Shown here in pieces: positions 8,491 through 20,295 of a stretch of DNA of 64,000 nucleotides. Position 1 is the first letter of the stretch. Every line of letters starts with the position of its first letter. Source of the stretch: Polyangiaceae bacterium (GTDB lineage Bacteria; Myxococcota_A; Polyangia; Polyangiales; Polyangiaceae); contig JAXLYR010000002.1 in assembly GCA_046351325.1 (NCBI GenBank), forward strand, positions 688,334 to 752,333, in the 5' to 3' direction. The position numbers and the translations under genes are program-made. The notes below the pieces were generated by a model, which saw nothing but the letters and a program-made list of their open reading frames with translations, made no database searches and was not told the origin of the DNA.

Positions 8491-10277
8491 GCCTCGCCGA
8501 ACGGATCGCTCCGCAGCTCCGCGCGCTCGTCTCTCGTGAGGTTCGCGCTGTCCGTGTCGCGTCCCTCGCGGGGCTCGCGCTCTCGACGTTGGTCGTCCTC
8601 GCGGCGCTCGCGACGACCGCACCCGCGGATCGCTACGCGGCGCTTCGGCACGGGTCCTTGTCGATCGGGATGCACGGCGCCGCGGGCGTCCTCGGGCTGG
8701 CGCTCGGTTGGCTGTCGGTCGAAGACGAGCGACGCACGGGCACGTGGCAGGGCTATTTGCTCCTGCCGGTCGATCGCAGGCTGCTCGTCGGGGTGAAGTT
8801 TGCCGTGTCCGCGCTCGCGATCGCCCTCGCGGTGGGGGTTCCTTCGTTCGTCCTCGTCTGTGGGCTCTTCCTCCCGCGCGCGACCGGGGGCCCGATCGAT
8901 CCGCGGTTCTTCGCGATGCCCCTCACGGTCTCGCTCACGGGCTTCATCGCCCTTGGTGCGGCGTGGGTCGCGAGCCTCAGCGTCGAGTCCCGGCTCTTCG
9001 GGCTGCGCTTCTTGCCGATCCTCTCGGCCGCGCTCGTCGGGCTCGCGCTCACGGCGTTGGCGCACGCGAATCTGGCGGTCCTCTTCGGTCTCGCCGGGCT
9101 CGCTTTGCTCGCGTTCGTCTGGCTCGCGTGGCTGCGGGCGCGCGCGCTCCGCGGTGCGTCGCCTCCGTCCGCGAAGTGGCTCGTGGCGCTCGTGCTCACG
9201 CCGCTGATGCTCATGGTGCTGCTCGTCGGCTACGACGTCGCGCACTCGCGGTTGTCGCGATACTTCGCGTCCGCGAGCCCCGCGGTCGAGCCCTTCTTCG
9301 TCGAGTTCGATCCACACGGTGAGCTCCTCACGGGCAACGTCGCGGCGCTCGCACGCCGGCAAGATCGGGCCATCGTGCTCTCCCCGCTCGACCGACGGAC
9401 CTTCGAGGGGGACAGCCCCACGTTCACGACCCTCGAGCGACGAGCCTTTTACGATGTTAAAGCGCGCACCTTCGCGTTCTACGATTCGAAGACGGGGGAG
9501 CCCCAAGGTTGCCTCGGCGCGAGCGGGCTCGAGCGCCCTTGCAAGCCGCTCCCTGGCGAGCTCCTCGACGTGCTCTCGCTCTCGCCCGGCGCGGCGCTCA
9601 TCGTGACCACCGAGGTCGTGTGGTCGTACTCGGACGACATGGCGGCGCCGCTCGAGGTCTTGTCGGGTGACCTTCACGGCGCCCACGTGCTCCTCCGGCA
9701 GGACGCTGCCTTCGCCGTCGAGGTCGGTGATGAGGTGCTGGCCGTCGACTCGCGGTTCGACGTCGTGGCGCGGTGCCGCGTCCCCGCGGGGCTCAAACGG
9801 AACGCGAGCGATCGGCTGAACGTCGGCGTGACCCGCGAGCGTCGCGTGGTCGCGCTCCTTCAATCCGACGCCACCGCGCGCGCCTTCTCGTGTGGGACGG
9901 GCGAGCTCACGGAGATCGCAGCGTTCGACCGAGCCATGCCGCCACCCATGACGCCGCGCTCGCTCGAGCAGGTCGTCGGCGGGCCGCTCGGGTGGCTATT
10001 GCAGAGCGCGTTCGGCAGCGGCGCGAATCCAGCGTCGATGCCCCTCCTCGCGAGCGCGGTGAGCTCGTCCGCGCTCGCGTGGCTGCTCACGCTCTTCGCA
10101 GGGTCGCGCGGTCGTCGCCGCATGGATGGCCTGCGGTCAGCGTGGCCGTGGGTGGGCGCGATGAGCGGTCTCCTCATCGGCCCTGCGTACGTGGTGGCGC
10201 TCCTCCTCGTCTCGCTCGAGGGGATCCGCGCCCAGAAGAGGAGGCCCGAGGTCTCCTGCGAAGTGACAGTGATGTAA
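8487..10277 (+). CDS. ABC-2-type permease-like polytopic membrane protein with large extracytoplasmic domain
   Basis: 596 aa. Multiple hydrophobic helices at the N-terminus and again at the C-terminus, with a soluble region of about 300 aa in the middle. Translationally coupled to the ABC ATPase. Confidence 0.55.
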   Translation: MSLAERIAPQLRALVSREVRAVRVASLAGLALSTLVVLAALATTAPADRYAALRHGSLSIGMHGAAGVLGLALGWLSVEDERRTGTWQGYLLLPVDRRLLVGVKFAVSALAIALAVGVPSFVLVCGLFLPRATGGPIDPRFFAMPLTVSLTGFIALGAAWVASLSVESRLFGLRFLPILSAALVGLALTALAHANLAVLFGLAGLALLAFVWLAWLRARALRGASPPSAKWLVALVLTPLMLMVLLVGYDVAHSRLSRYFASASPAVEPFFVEFDPHGELLTGNVAALARRQDRAIVLSPLDRRTFEGDSPTFTTLERRAFYDVKARTFAFYDSKTGEPQGCLGASGLERPCKPLPGELLDVLSLSPGAALIVTTEVVWSYSDDMAAPLEVLSGDLHGAHVLLRQDAAFAVEVGDEVLAVDSRFDVVARCRVPAGLKRNASDRLNVGVTRERRVVALLQSDATARAFSCGTGELTEIAAFDRAMPPPMTPRSLEQVVGGPLGWLLQSAFGSGANPASMPLLASAVSSSALAWLLTLFAGSRGRRRMDGLRSAWPWVGAMSGLLIGPAYVVALLLVSLEGIRAQKRRPEVSCEVTVM

Positions 10278-10278
10278 G

Positions 10279-12210
10279 CTACCGTGGCGGGTCGTAGTTC
10301 TCGGGGATCTGGTTCGGCATGATCCGATAGAGGTCCCGCGCGAACGGGCCGAGTTCGCCACACGCCTCTTCCCCCAAATCGGTCTCCTCCTCGGGGTCGT
10401 TTTCGAGGTTGTAACACCGGTATTGGTCTTGTGTGTCCGGCGCCCTCGCGGTGAGCTTGAAGGGGTATTGAATTGCGCCGTAGTTCGCGACGCGGCACTG
10501 CCATATCCAAGAGCAGTTCGTGAGCGCGACGGGCTCGTTCGTGCGCTTGCCCCGGGTGAGGGGGTAGCCGAGCATCTTGCCTTTGAACGGCGCGAGCGCG
10601 GGCGCGTCCCAGAGCCCCATGAGGTCGAGCATCGTCGGCCCGAAATCGAGGTGATAAACGGGCTCTTCGCGCGACCGCGACAGGTTGTGTCGCTCGACCG
10701 GACTCAGCGCGTCACCAGGCGCCCAAATCCAACCCGGCACGTGGACCTCGGCCTCGTAGATGCTTTGGGTGTGACCGTTGGCGTCGTTCTCACCGAACGA
10801 CTCGCCGTGATCCGAAGTGAAGACGACGATGGTGCGAGCTGCCTTGTCCGACGCCTCGAGCGACTTCAGGATACGGGCCATCGCGACGTCCGAAGCATGA
10901 ATGGCGTTATAGTAACGAGCGCGCTTCTTTTTCAGCTTCTTCGAGGCCTTGAAGGGAGCATCGTCGGGGTCGACGAGGTAGGGGCTGTGGACGTTCGCGA
11001 GCTGGACGACCGCGAAGAAGGGCTCTTTGAGTCCAGGCAAATCCTGAATGAACCGGTCGGCGAGCGCTCCGTCTCTCGCGCCCGAGTCGGGGTCGGGAGC
11101 CTCCTCCAGGTGGGTCGAGACGACGAACCTGTCGAGCGGCTCGTCCTGCGCCATGAAGCGCATCCCGAAGAGCTGGACTTGCTGGCTTGTCCAATAACCA
11201 GTCGTGTAGCCCGCGGCCTTCGCGAAGGCCCAAAGGGTCGGCGCGCTGTGGAGCGCGCTGAAGCTCTCGGTCGGGGGCAACCCCGTGAGAATGACGGCCA
11301 TGGAAATGACGGTCGAGGAGTCGACAGCGCGCAGCTGTTCGAACGGGACCCGTGTGCGCGCGACGCGACTCGAGGCTTGTCCGGCGCGCTCGCACTTCGG
11401 ATCAGGGCCGTTGCAGAAAGCGTCATATCGGACGCTCTCTTGGAGCAGAAAGAGGATATTGGGCGGCGCCGATTTGGTGGATACGAGGGCCGGAACCGGT
11501 ATCGGGTGTCGCCGCTGAGTCCGTGAGATGTTCACCTTGCGCAGGGCCGGGACCTTCTCCCTGAAGGAGATCGCGAGCGCGTTGAAATAGATGTGCTCGG
11601 GTGTCGAGGCCTGCCATCTCGCGTAGCTCGAGGGGAGCACGAAGAGGCCGATCAAGAGCGCCGCTGCGGGGACTGGAGAGAGCCGCAGCACGCGTCGACG
11701 CAGGCGAACGACGCGGCTCGCGAACACCGAAGTCGCGAGCGCCGCGAGGAGCGCCACGGGGACCGCGGCCGCGAGGAGCCCCGCGCCGAACGCGGGGAGG
11801 CCGCAGGTCAAAGTCGAAAAGACTGGGCGGTATTCGAGCAGCGAGTCGACACCACAATACGTGTGATACCGGCCGAAATAGGCGCCTTGGACGCCGAGTG
11901 ACAGACCGAAGAAGAAGACGAACAGCGCGCGCGCGACCCACCGCAAGCGACCCCGCTGGCGCGCGCCGACTGCGAGCAGGCAGACCCACGTCGCGGCGGA
12001 CAAGAGCGTCGAGCCCACGTAGCCGAACGCGTGCGCCACATCGAGCGCGAGGAAGTGGCGCGGCCGTCGCACGAGCTCGAGCGCGAGCACGAGCAGCGTG
12101 GGGATCGCGAGGGCGAGCGCGGTGCGCAGTCGAGCGCGGCGCCGGCGAGCGACACGAGGTCGCGAGCGCGCCGTTCTTTTCGAGGGAGCAGCGGCTTCGT
12201 TGGAGCTCAT
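10279..12210 (-). CDS. Membrane-anchored sulfatase-family enzyme (LtaS/EptA-like phosphotransferase/sulfatase)
   Basis: N-terminal TM helices, then the alkaline-phosphatase/sulfatase core with the TSDHGESFGE motif. Start set to the ATG at 12210 because the track start at 12255 is a TTG. Confidence 0.7.
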   Translation of the reverse strand: MSSNEAAAPSKRTARSRPRVARRRRARLRTALALAIPTLLVLALELVRRPRHFLALDVAHAFGYVGSTLLSAATWVCLLAVGARQRGRLRWVARALFVFFFGLSLGVQGAYFGRYHTYCGVDSLLEYRPVFSTLTCGLPAFGAGLLAAAVPVALLAALATSVFASRVVRLRRRVLRLSPVPAAALLIGLFVLPSSYARWQASTPEHIYFNALAISFREKVPALRKVNISRTQRRHPIPVPALVSTKSAPPNILFLLQESVRYDAFCNGPDPKCERAGQASSRVARTRVPFEQLRAVDSSTVISMAVILTGLPPTESFSALHSAPTLWAFAKAAGYTTGYWTSQQVQLFGMRFMAQDEPLDRFVVSTHLEEAPDPDSGARDGALADRFIQDLPGLKEPFFAVVQLANVHSPYLVDPDDAPFKASKKLKKKRARYYNAIHASDVAMARILKSLEASDKAARTIVVFTSDHGESFGENDANGHTQSIYEAEVHVPGWIWAPGDALSPVERHNLSRSREEPVYHLDFGPTMLDLMGLWDAPALAPFKGKMLGYPLTRGKRTNEPVALTNCSWIWQCRVANYGAIQYPFKLTARAPDTQDQYRCYNLENDPEEETDLGEEACGELGPFARDLYRIMPNQIPENYDPPR

Positions 12211-12284
12211 AAGATCACGGTGCGCGACACGCCCCCCGGCGACGGTGTGTCGCAATCTACCCCGCTATTGGCTAGAAGGATCGC

Positions 12285-13921
<1,637 letters not shown>

Positions 13922-13925
<4 letters not shown>

Positions 13926-15163
13926 CGAGCGGGCGTCGGCCCGCCTTCGCCGTGCTCGTCGCGGCGCTCGGCTACTTCGTCGACATCTACGATCTCGTGC
14001 TCTTCTCCGCGCTCCGCGTCCCGAGCTTGAAGGGCGTGGGCGTCGTCGACCCCGTCGCGCTGAAGACGGCGGGCAAGATGCTGCTCGACGTGCAGCTCGC
14101 GGGGATGATGGTCGGGGGCGTGGCGCTCGGCATCCTCGGCGACAAACGCGGCCGCATGAAGGTCCTCTTCGGCTCGATATTGCTCTATTCGCTCGCGAAC
14201 TTTGCGAACGCTTTTGTAACCAGTGTATCGGCGTACGCCGTCCTCCGCTTCGTCGCGGGCTTCGGCCTCGCGGGCGAGCTCGGCGCTGGCATCACGCTCG
14301 TGAGCGAGCTCCTGCCGAAGGAGCGGCGGGGCATCGGCACGACGATCGTCGCGGCGGTCGGGCTCTCCGGCGCCCTCGCGGCCGGCGCGCTCGCCGAGGT
14401 GCTGATGAACCGATATGGCCCCTCGGGGTGGCGCTACTCGTTCGGGCTCGGCGGCGTGATGGGGCTCTTGCTCTTGCTCCTCCGCGTCGGCGTCCTCGAG
14501 AGCTCGATCTTCGAGCGGACCCAAGCCGAGAAGGTCTCGCGCGGAGACGTTCGCATGCTGCTCTCACCACCCGAGCGGCTCTTCCGTTTCCTGCGCGTCA
14601 TCGCGGTCGGTATGCCGATATGGTTCGTCGGAGGCGTCGTGTTCGTGTTCTCGCCCGAGCTCGGCAAAGCGCTCGGGCTCGCGACCCCACCGACTGGCGC
14701 GCGGACGATCTTTTGGGGGTATTTCGGGGTCGTCCTCGGGGACATCCTGAGCGGTTTGCTCAGTCAGCTATTGCGGAGTCGCAAGCGCGTGATCACGGCC
14801 TATCTGGGGCTCTTGGTCGCGGCGGTCGGCTTGCTCCTCGCGCTCGGTGGGCGCTCGGTCGCGACCTATTACGGACTTGTAAGTCTGGTCGGGTTCGGGA
14901 CCGGCTATTGGGTGCTCTTCGTCACGACCGCGAGCGAGCAGTTCGGCACGAACCTGCGCGCCACGGTGACGACGAGCGCGCCGAACTTCGTGCGCGGCAC
15001 GGCCATCCCCATCACGTCGGTCTGGCTCGCGCTCGGCCCGAGCCTCGGTGTAGTCGGTGCGACGGCCGCGACGGGCGCAGCGGCCGTGCTCCTCGCGCTC
15101 GCGTCGCTCCGCGGCATGCGAGAGAGCTTCTCCGCCGACCTCGACGTGCTCGAGGATCGATAG
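13922..15163 (+). CDS. MFS transporter
   Basis: About 12 predicted TM helices and the MFS signature region GDKRGRMKV. The GTG start overlaps the pgm stop (GTGA). The 435 nt upstream of 13922 in the tracked ORF is a wrong-frame overlap with pgm. Confidence 0.75.
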
Positions 15164-15170
15164 CGATCGT

Positions 15171-16286
15171 TCAGCGCTGGTGAATCGTCGGCGTGGGCAC
15201 GTAGTAGCCCTGCGCGCGCAGGCGCACCTCGGAGGCGCTCGGCGGCAAGTCGAACTCGAGCTCGAGCGCGTCGCCCTGGCGAAGGAGCAGTGGCACACCG
15301 TCGGCGACACAATAAGCAGGAGCGTCGGCGGTCGCGCAGGCCTTGGGGCTTTGGGCGACGCCGTCGATGTCGAGCTCGATCGCGTCGAGGTGCGTGGTCT
15401 CGAGCTTCTCTTCCTTCACCCTCACGCGGAGCGTCCGCTCCCCCGGTATCGGATCGAGGGCGAGCTCCTGTGTCGTGTAAGCGGCTTTGCCGCGGAGCTC
15501 GCGCAAGATCTCACCCGCGAGCGTCTCCTTCTCTCCGTTTACGACATAGACGTAGGGACACGCGGCGAGCTGGTCACAAGCCTGCTTGAGCCTGCCCACC
15601 TTGCGGCTCGTCTCCTTCATGGTGTTGCCGACGACCGCCAGCGCGACCTCGTGGCGCGGCACGGTCGTCTGCGCGACGGTGACGTGCGCGCACGCCGTCC
15701 AACCGTCTTCGACGTAGTGCATGGTCCCGTCGCCGGGGAACGTGACCTCGGTGATTCCGTAGTTGCCGAGGATGGAGTCGAATACGCGCTCGAGCGACGC
15801 TCCGCGGACGAGGAACAGCTGATATCGATTCGGCGGGTCCTCCTCTTCGTCGGTGGGGAACGTGACCAATACAGCGTGCAAGCCAGCGCTCTTGTCGAAC
15901 TCCACGGCGCGGAGCGACGCCTGCCGATCTTGGAAATAGCGGGACCCCGTCGGCGGCGCCGCGGTCCCCTGCGCCTCACCGGCGACGAGCGAGCCGTCGT
16001 CGTAGAGCTCGATCTGCTCGAGGCCTGGTTTGCCGTCGACGTCGCCCTCGCCACGCATGAGTCTCGTGCGGTGCTTGCTCGGCAAGGTCGCAGCCGTCGC
16101 GGCAGCTGCGCTCTCGCTGGTCACCGGAGATGCCGTGCTGGTGGAGGCCGTGGAGGCAGCGGAGGCGGTCGCGGTCGTCGTGGTCGTCGTCGTCGCGTCC
16201 TCCGGGGACTGGGCGGTAGAGCTGCTCGGCCCGCAGGCGAAGAGGGGAGCGAGCAGCGCGAGACAAAGGGGTAGGGCAGGGCGCAC
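15171..16286 (-). CDS. Lipoprotein, hypothetical (Thr/Ala-rich linker)
   Basis: Signal peptide with lipobox LFACG, then a poly-T/A low-complexity region and a globular C-terminal domain with no recognised motif. Confidence 0.45.
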   Translation of the reverse strand: MRPALPLCLALLAPLFACGPSSSTAQSPEDATTTTTTTATASAASTASTSTASPVTSESAAAATAATLPSKHRTRLMRGEGDVDGKPGLEQIELYDDGSLVAGEAQGTAAPPTGSRYFQDRQASLRAVEFDKSAGLHAVLVTFPTDEEEDPPNRYQLFLVRGASLERVFDSILGNYGITEVTFPGDGTMHYVEDGWTACAHVTVAQTTVPRHEVALAVVGNTMKETSRKVGRLKQACDQLAACPYVYVVNGEKETLAGEILRELRGKAAYTTQELALDPIPGERTLRVRVKEEKLETTHLDAIELDIDGVAQSPKACATADAPAYCVADGVPLLLRQGDALELEFDLPPSASEVRLRAQGYYVPTPTIHQR

Positions 16287-16338
16287 GCGCTGAGTACGCC
16301 GTTGGCGTGCGCCTGCATTCCGTTCTTCGACGGCGTGA

Positions 16339-16734
16339 CTACGGGTTACTAGGTTCTTGGTCCGCGGGCTGCCAGAGCTCGATCTTGATGCCAGCCGGAC
16401 CGAGGACGTGCGCGAAGCGGCCGTTCTCGTCGGGGTCGAACACCTTCACGATCTCGACGCCTCGCTCGCGCAGCTTTGCCAATACGGCGTCCAAGTCATC
16501 GACGCGGAAATTGAGCATGAAGGGCAGGGGACTCGGGTCGAAGTAGTCCGAGCTCGTCCGGTGGATCCCCATCACCGTGCAGCCCTTCTTTTCAGGGTCT
16601 TCGAGCTCACGCCACTCGAACATTCGCCCCCAGGTCTCTGTGGGGACCTCCAGCTTCTCGGTGAAGAAGCGCGCGACGGAACTGGGGTCTTCGACCTTGA
16701 AGAAGACGCCGCCCAAGCCGGTGATCTTTGCCAT
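16339..16734 (-). CDS. VOC (glyoxalase/bleomycin-resistance/dioxygenase) family protein
   Basis: 131 aa with a paired beta-alpha-beta-beta-beta pattern and the GVFFKVED start typical of VOC proteins. Confidence 0.55.
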   Translation of the reverse strand: MAKITGLGGVFFKVEDPSSVARFFTEKLEVPTETWGRMFEWRELEDPEKKGCTVMGIHRTSSDYFDPSPLPFMLNFRVDDLDAVLAKLRERGVEIVKVFDPDENGRFAHVLGPAGIKIELWQPADQEPSNP

Positions 16735-16782
16735 CGCCGGATGGTAGGCGTCGAGCGCTGTCCCGCAATCCTGGACACGCGG

Positions 16783-17610
16783 TTACGGCGCGCCGCCGGC
16801 GACCTCGCAGAGCGCCACGATCGGGTTCGACATGAAGGTGTCGAGGTAACAGGGGTGATTCCAGAGGAGCCCGTTGAGGAGGAAGACGCAGGCCTGGTTC
16901 GGCAGGCCGTTCGGCTCCTGATAACCCCACGGGTATTCGCTCGGGAGGGAGCTGCCGTAGGTCCAAGGCTCGCAGCTCACCCACTCGAAGGCCGAGGTCG
17001 TCTCGTTGTAGCGGGCCCCAAGCCAGGCCTGCGTCGCGACCGCCTCGATCGCCGTCGTCGCGTCCGCGAGCTCTGCGTCGTTCGTCGGAGTCGCGAGCTC
17101 CGTGATGATGCCCGGCGCTTGGTCTTTGCAGGCCGCGAAGGCTTCGTCGGCGGTCTGCACGCCGCCGAGGACCCGATAACAGACTCCGGAGCTCGCCCCT
17201 CGCTCGAAGCCGACTGGGCAGTCCGTGACATGGCAGTTGGCGTCGCAGAGTCCGGCGCTCGGGGGCTCACACGACTCCCCGGTCGCGACGTCGATGTGCC
17301 CGTCTCCGCAGGCCTCGGGAGCGCCGCCAGCACCGGAATCACAGCTCACGACGAGGATGGGCGGGCCGCCGCCGGAGCCGCCCTCGGGGTTGCCGCCCTC
17401 GCCGCCCTGACCAATGCCGCCGTGCCCGCCCTGAGCCTCACCTCCGGTGTTCGAACCCCCCAATCCACCGGCGCCGCCCGTGTTCGGGTGGCCGCCCGTG
17501 TCGGGCGTCCCGCCAGCGCCGACGCCCCCTTCTCCCCCAGTCGGCGCATGCCAAGTCGTGCACGCGAAGAGCCCTGCCGCCAGCAGCAAGAGGGATGTTT
17601 GGAGGTTCAT
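16783..17610 (-). CDS. Secreted lipoprotein with Gly-rich linker and C-type lectin-like domain
   Basis: Signal peptide plus lipobox (LAAGLFACTT), a G-rich linker, and a C-terminal domain with the Cys spacing and WLGARY..EW..C motif of the C-type lectin fold. Confidence 0.5.
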   Translation of the reverse strand: MNLQTSLLLLAAGLFACTTWHAPTGGEGGVGAGGTPDTGGHPNTGGAGGLGGSNTGGEAQGGHGGIGQGGEGGNPEGGSGGGPPILVVSCDSGAGGAPEACGDGHIDVATGESCEPPSAGLCDANCHVTDCPVGFERGASSGVCYRVLGGVQTADEAFAACKDQAPGIITELATPTNDAELADATTAIEAVATQAWLGARYNETTSAFEWVSCEPWTYGSSLPSEYPWGYQEPNGLPNQACVFLLNGLLWNHPCYLDTFMSNPIVALCEVAGGAP

Positions 17611-17745
17611 AGCGATTGGGGTGCTGCATCGCACGGGCCAATAGGTAATTGCGCGAATGCACGGAGCGCATTGAGGACTTCAATGCAGCTCTTGCGGTGA
17701 GCGCACCATGGGTGCACTCCTCGAGCGCTCTTTGGGAGTTCGACT

Positions 17746-18093
17746 TCAGCGTTGTACGAGGGTGAAGACGGTCCCCTCGGTGTCGCGGACGATGGAGATC
17801 ACCACGCCGGGCGCGACCTCGGTGGGGGCGTTCTCGACGGCGCCGCCCGCGCTCTCGACTCGACTGCACGCTGCACCCAAATCGCGAACGGCGAAATGGA
17901 GGCCAGTCCGGCTGCCCCGGTAATCGGCGCTCCGCGCGAGCCCGATGCGGACCCCCGCGACGTGCAGCGACGCCCAGTCGGCCGAGGAGAACGACACCGA
18001 CGCTCCAAAGGCGCTCACATAGAACTGCGTCGCGCGCGGGATGTCTTTGGCGTCCAGTGCAAAGAAGGTCTCGACGACTTCATTCGCTGACAC
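17746..18093 (-). CDS. VOC/glyoxalase-family protein
   Basis: 115-aa single VOC module (GLHFAVRDL). Confidence 0.5.
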   Translation of the reverse strand: MSANEVVETFFALDAKDIPRATQFYVSAFGASVSFSSADWASLHVAGVRIGLARSADYRGSRTGLHFAVRDLGAACSRVESAGGAVENAPTEVAPGVVISIVRDTEGTVFTLVQR

Positions 18094-18161
18094 GATCGTC
18101 GGTAGAGGCTAGCGGGCGCTCCCGACGTTCCGCAAGGTGGCCGCCGTTGTTTTCGAGGTGT

Positions 18162-20123
18162 TCAGCGCGCGCGCTGGTCGTCGACGGAGGGCGGCGGGGG
18201 CTCGACGAGCATCGCGGCGCTGGGCAAGAGGGCGGTCAGCTTCCACCGCTCGAGCTGCGCCCGCTCGGCGTTCGACGTGAGGAGCTGACGGAAATAGGAA
18301 GAGGCGACGGCGAGCAGGAGATAGATGCCTATCGTCGTCCCCGTGACGGTGAGCAGCGTCGTGCGCGCATCGAGCGGTACGACGACGGAGTGCACGTGCA
18401 TGCCCGCGCCGTCGAACATCGTCGTAGGCGCGAGCACGCCGGCCTGCTCGAGGACGATGGGGGACACGATGGTCGCCAGGCCGAGGGCGACAGTGCCGGT
18501 CTGCCATTGGCGCTTTCCGAGCATGACGAACAGGGCCACAGCGACGGTGATGAGACCCGGAGTCGTGACGAACGGGCCGATCACCCGCGAGGCGATCGCG
18601 AGGCTCGCGAGGCACGCCCCGAGCGTCACGAAATAGAGCCCACGCGTGCGCTCGCGCACCTGCGTATTCAGGAACAAGAGCCCGATGAACGCGATCTGCG
18701 CGACCGCCCAAAGGGCGAGCGTGACGGGTTGCCGCGGATGGGTGAGCGCCAGCAATCCCATGAGCGGCAGGAACGCCGCGGACATCTGCGCGCCCGCTCG
18801 GGCTGCTCGTCGGTAGACACGCATGTGTGCAGCTTCGACGGCGTTCGCGACGGACTCGGGGACCTCGGTGTCGGGCAGCGCCTCGAACATCGCTCGGAGC
18901 ACCAAGTCTTGGACGCCTTGGTTGGTCGGATCGAGCGCGAGCGCACGGCCCGCGTGGCGGAGCGCACGCTCGCGGCTCCCGACTGCCTCGCTTTGGGACG
19001 TGAGCGCGGCGCTCTCCGCGAGGAGCTGGCCTGCCTTCTCGACCTCGCTCGCGGCGATGGTCGCGCGGGCCTGCACGTCGCGGTCGCCGTCGAGGAAGCG
19101 CTGCACGTCGTCGATGAGGAGATCGAGGGTCGCGTAGCGCTCCTTCGGATCGAGCGCGGTCGCGCGCAAGCAAATGGCCACGAGCTCGGGCGGGGTTCTC
19201 CGGGCCTCGGTCACCGAGCGCACGCGCGCCGAGGCGTCCTTCAGCGTCGCGTCGAGCGCGTCGACGGAGCTGCCGCGATGCAGTCGCTCCATCGTCAAGA
19301 GCTCGAACAAGATCGCGCCGAGCGCGTAGACGTCCGCCCTCGCGTCGACGCGCGCCGCGTTGCTCAGCTGTTCGGGGGCCATGTATCCAGGTGATCCGAG
19401 GAGCTCGCCTTGATGCGTGCTGCCCTCGGCGAGCGGCGTCGGCGGAATGCTCTCGAGGTGGCTCCGCTCGATGCCCGCGCGCTCGGCGAGCGTTCTGCCG
19501 TCGGGTGCGTCGCGCCGCAGCTTCGCGATGCCCCAGTCGATGACGTAGACCTCGCCGAACTCGCCGAGCATGATGTTCGCGGGCTTGAGATCGCGGTGAA
19601 TCACGCCGTTCGTGTGCGCGTAGTGGACCGACTGGCAGATCGTGACGAAGAGCGACAGGAGTCGCACGCGACTGAAGCGCGCCGACACGATCGGATCCCC
19701 TGACGCGAGCCGCGAGAGGACCGACTCGAGCGACGCTCCGCGGACCCACTGCATCACGAAGAACGGGTCGCCCTCGCTGGTCGTTCCGGCGTCATGAACC
19801 GGGACGACCCCGGGATGATCGAGCTGCGCTTGCAGCTGGTATTCGCGTTCGAAACGGCCGAGATCCGTCGGGAGTTGCGGTCGCGCGACCTTCACCGCGA
19901 CGCGGCGATTCAGGCGCGCGTCGCGCGCGATGTAGACCTCTCCCATCCCACCGATCGCGAGGGGCTCGGCGACCCCGTAGCGCTCGTCGAGCAGCTTGGG
20001 CTCACCGCGACGTGCCGGCGGGCTGTCGAGCGGGCGCGTCGGCACCTCACCCGTCGGTCGAGCCCCGTCGTCGTCATGACGATCGTGCTGACTCGGGTGC
20101 AGTCCCCCAGACTTCACTCCCAT
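18162..20123 (-). CDS. Ser/Thr protein kinase with C-terminal polytopic membrane domain
   Basis: Canonical [21 protein letters not shown] and APE motifs, followed by about six hydrophobic helices in the C-terminal 300 aa. Confidence 0.85.
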   Translation of the reverse strand: MGVKSGGLHPSQHDRHDDDGARPTGEVPTRPLDSPPARRGEPKLLDERYGVAEPLAIGGMGEVYIARDARLNRRVAVKVARPQLPTDLGRFEREYQLQAQLDHPGVVPVHDAGTTSEGDPFFVMQWVRGASLESVLSRLASGDPIVSARFSRVRLLSLFVTICQSVHYAHTNGVIHRDLKPANIMLGEFGEVYVIDWGIAKLRRDAPDGRTLAERAGIERSHLESIPPTPLAEGSTHQGELLGSPGYMAPEQLSNAARVDARADVYALGAILFELLTMERLHRGSSVDALDATLKDASARVRSVTEARRTPPELVAICLRATALDPKERYATLDLLIDDVQRFLDGDRDVQARATIAASEVEKAGQLLAESAALTSQSEAVGSRERALRHAGRALALDPTNQGVQDLVLRAMFEALPDTEVPESVANAVEAAHMRVYRRAARAGAQMSAAFLPLMGLLALTHPRQPVTLALWAVAQIAFIGLLFLNTQVRERTRGLYFVTLGACLASLAIASRVIGPFVTTPGLITVAVALFVMLGKRQWQTGTVALGLATIVSPIVLEQAGVLAPTTMFDGAGMHVHSVVVPLDARTTLLTVTGTTIGIYLLLAVASSYFRQLLTSNAERAQLERWKLTALLPSAAMLVEPPPPSVDDQRAR

Positions 20124-20295
20124 ACCGGCGATTGTGCATAAGCGCGGCGGACGCCGCTTCCCTCTTCTGACGGGTCAGTTACCTTGCCCAGCGTCATGCG
20201 CCTTTGAACGCCCCACCGGCCCGACGTGTTCGGGCCCGACGACCGACGCGCTTAGCTCTCGTGTTTCCGGGGAGCGAACGCGTCCCGGAGACCCC

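Noticed and set aside
12224-12253. 7-bp stem hairpin (GCGACAC...GTGTCGC) between sulfatase and pgm
   Set aside because: Short stem with a 16-nt loop in a GC-rich context. Likely chance complementarity, not a riboswitch or terminator.
17635-17745. Lower-GC 110-nt spacer with weak AATGC/GCATT inverted repeats
   Set aside because: Only 5-bp arms. Consistent with an ordinary promoter/terminator spacer.
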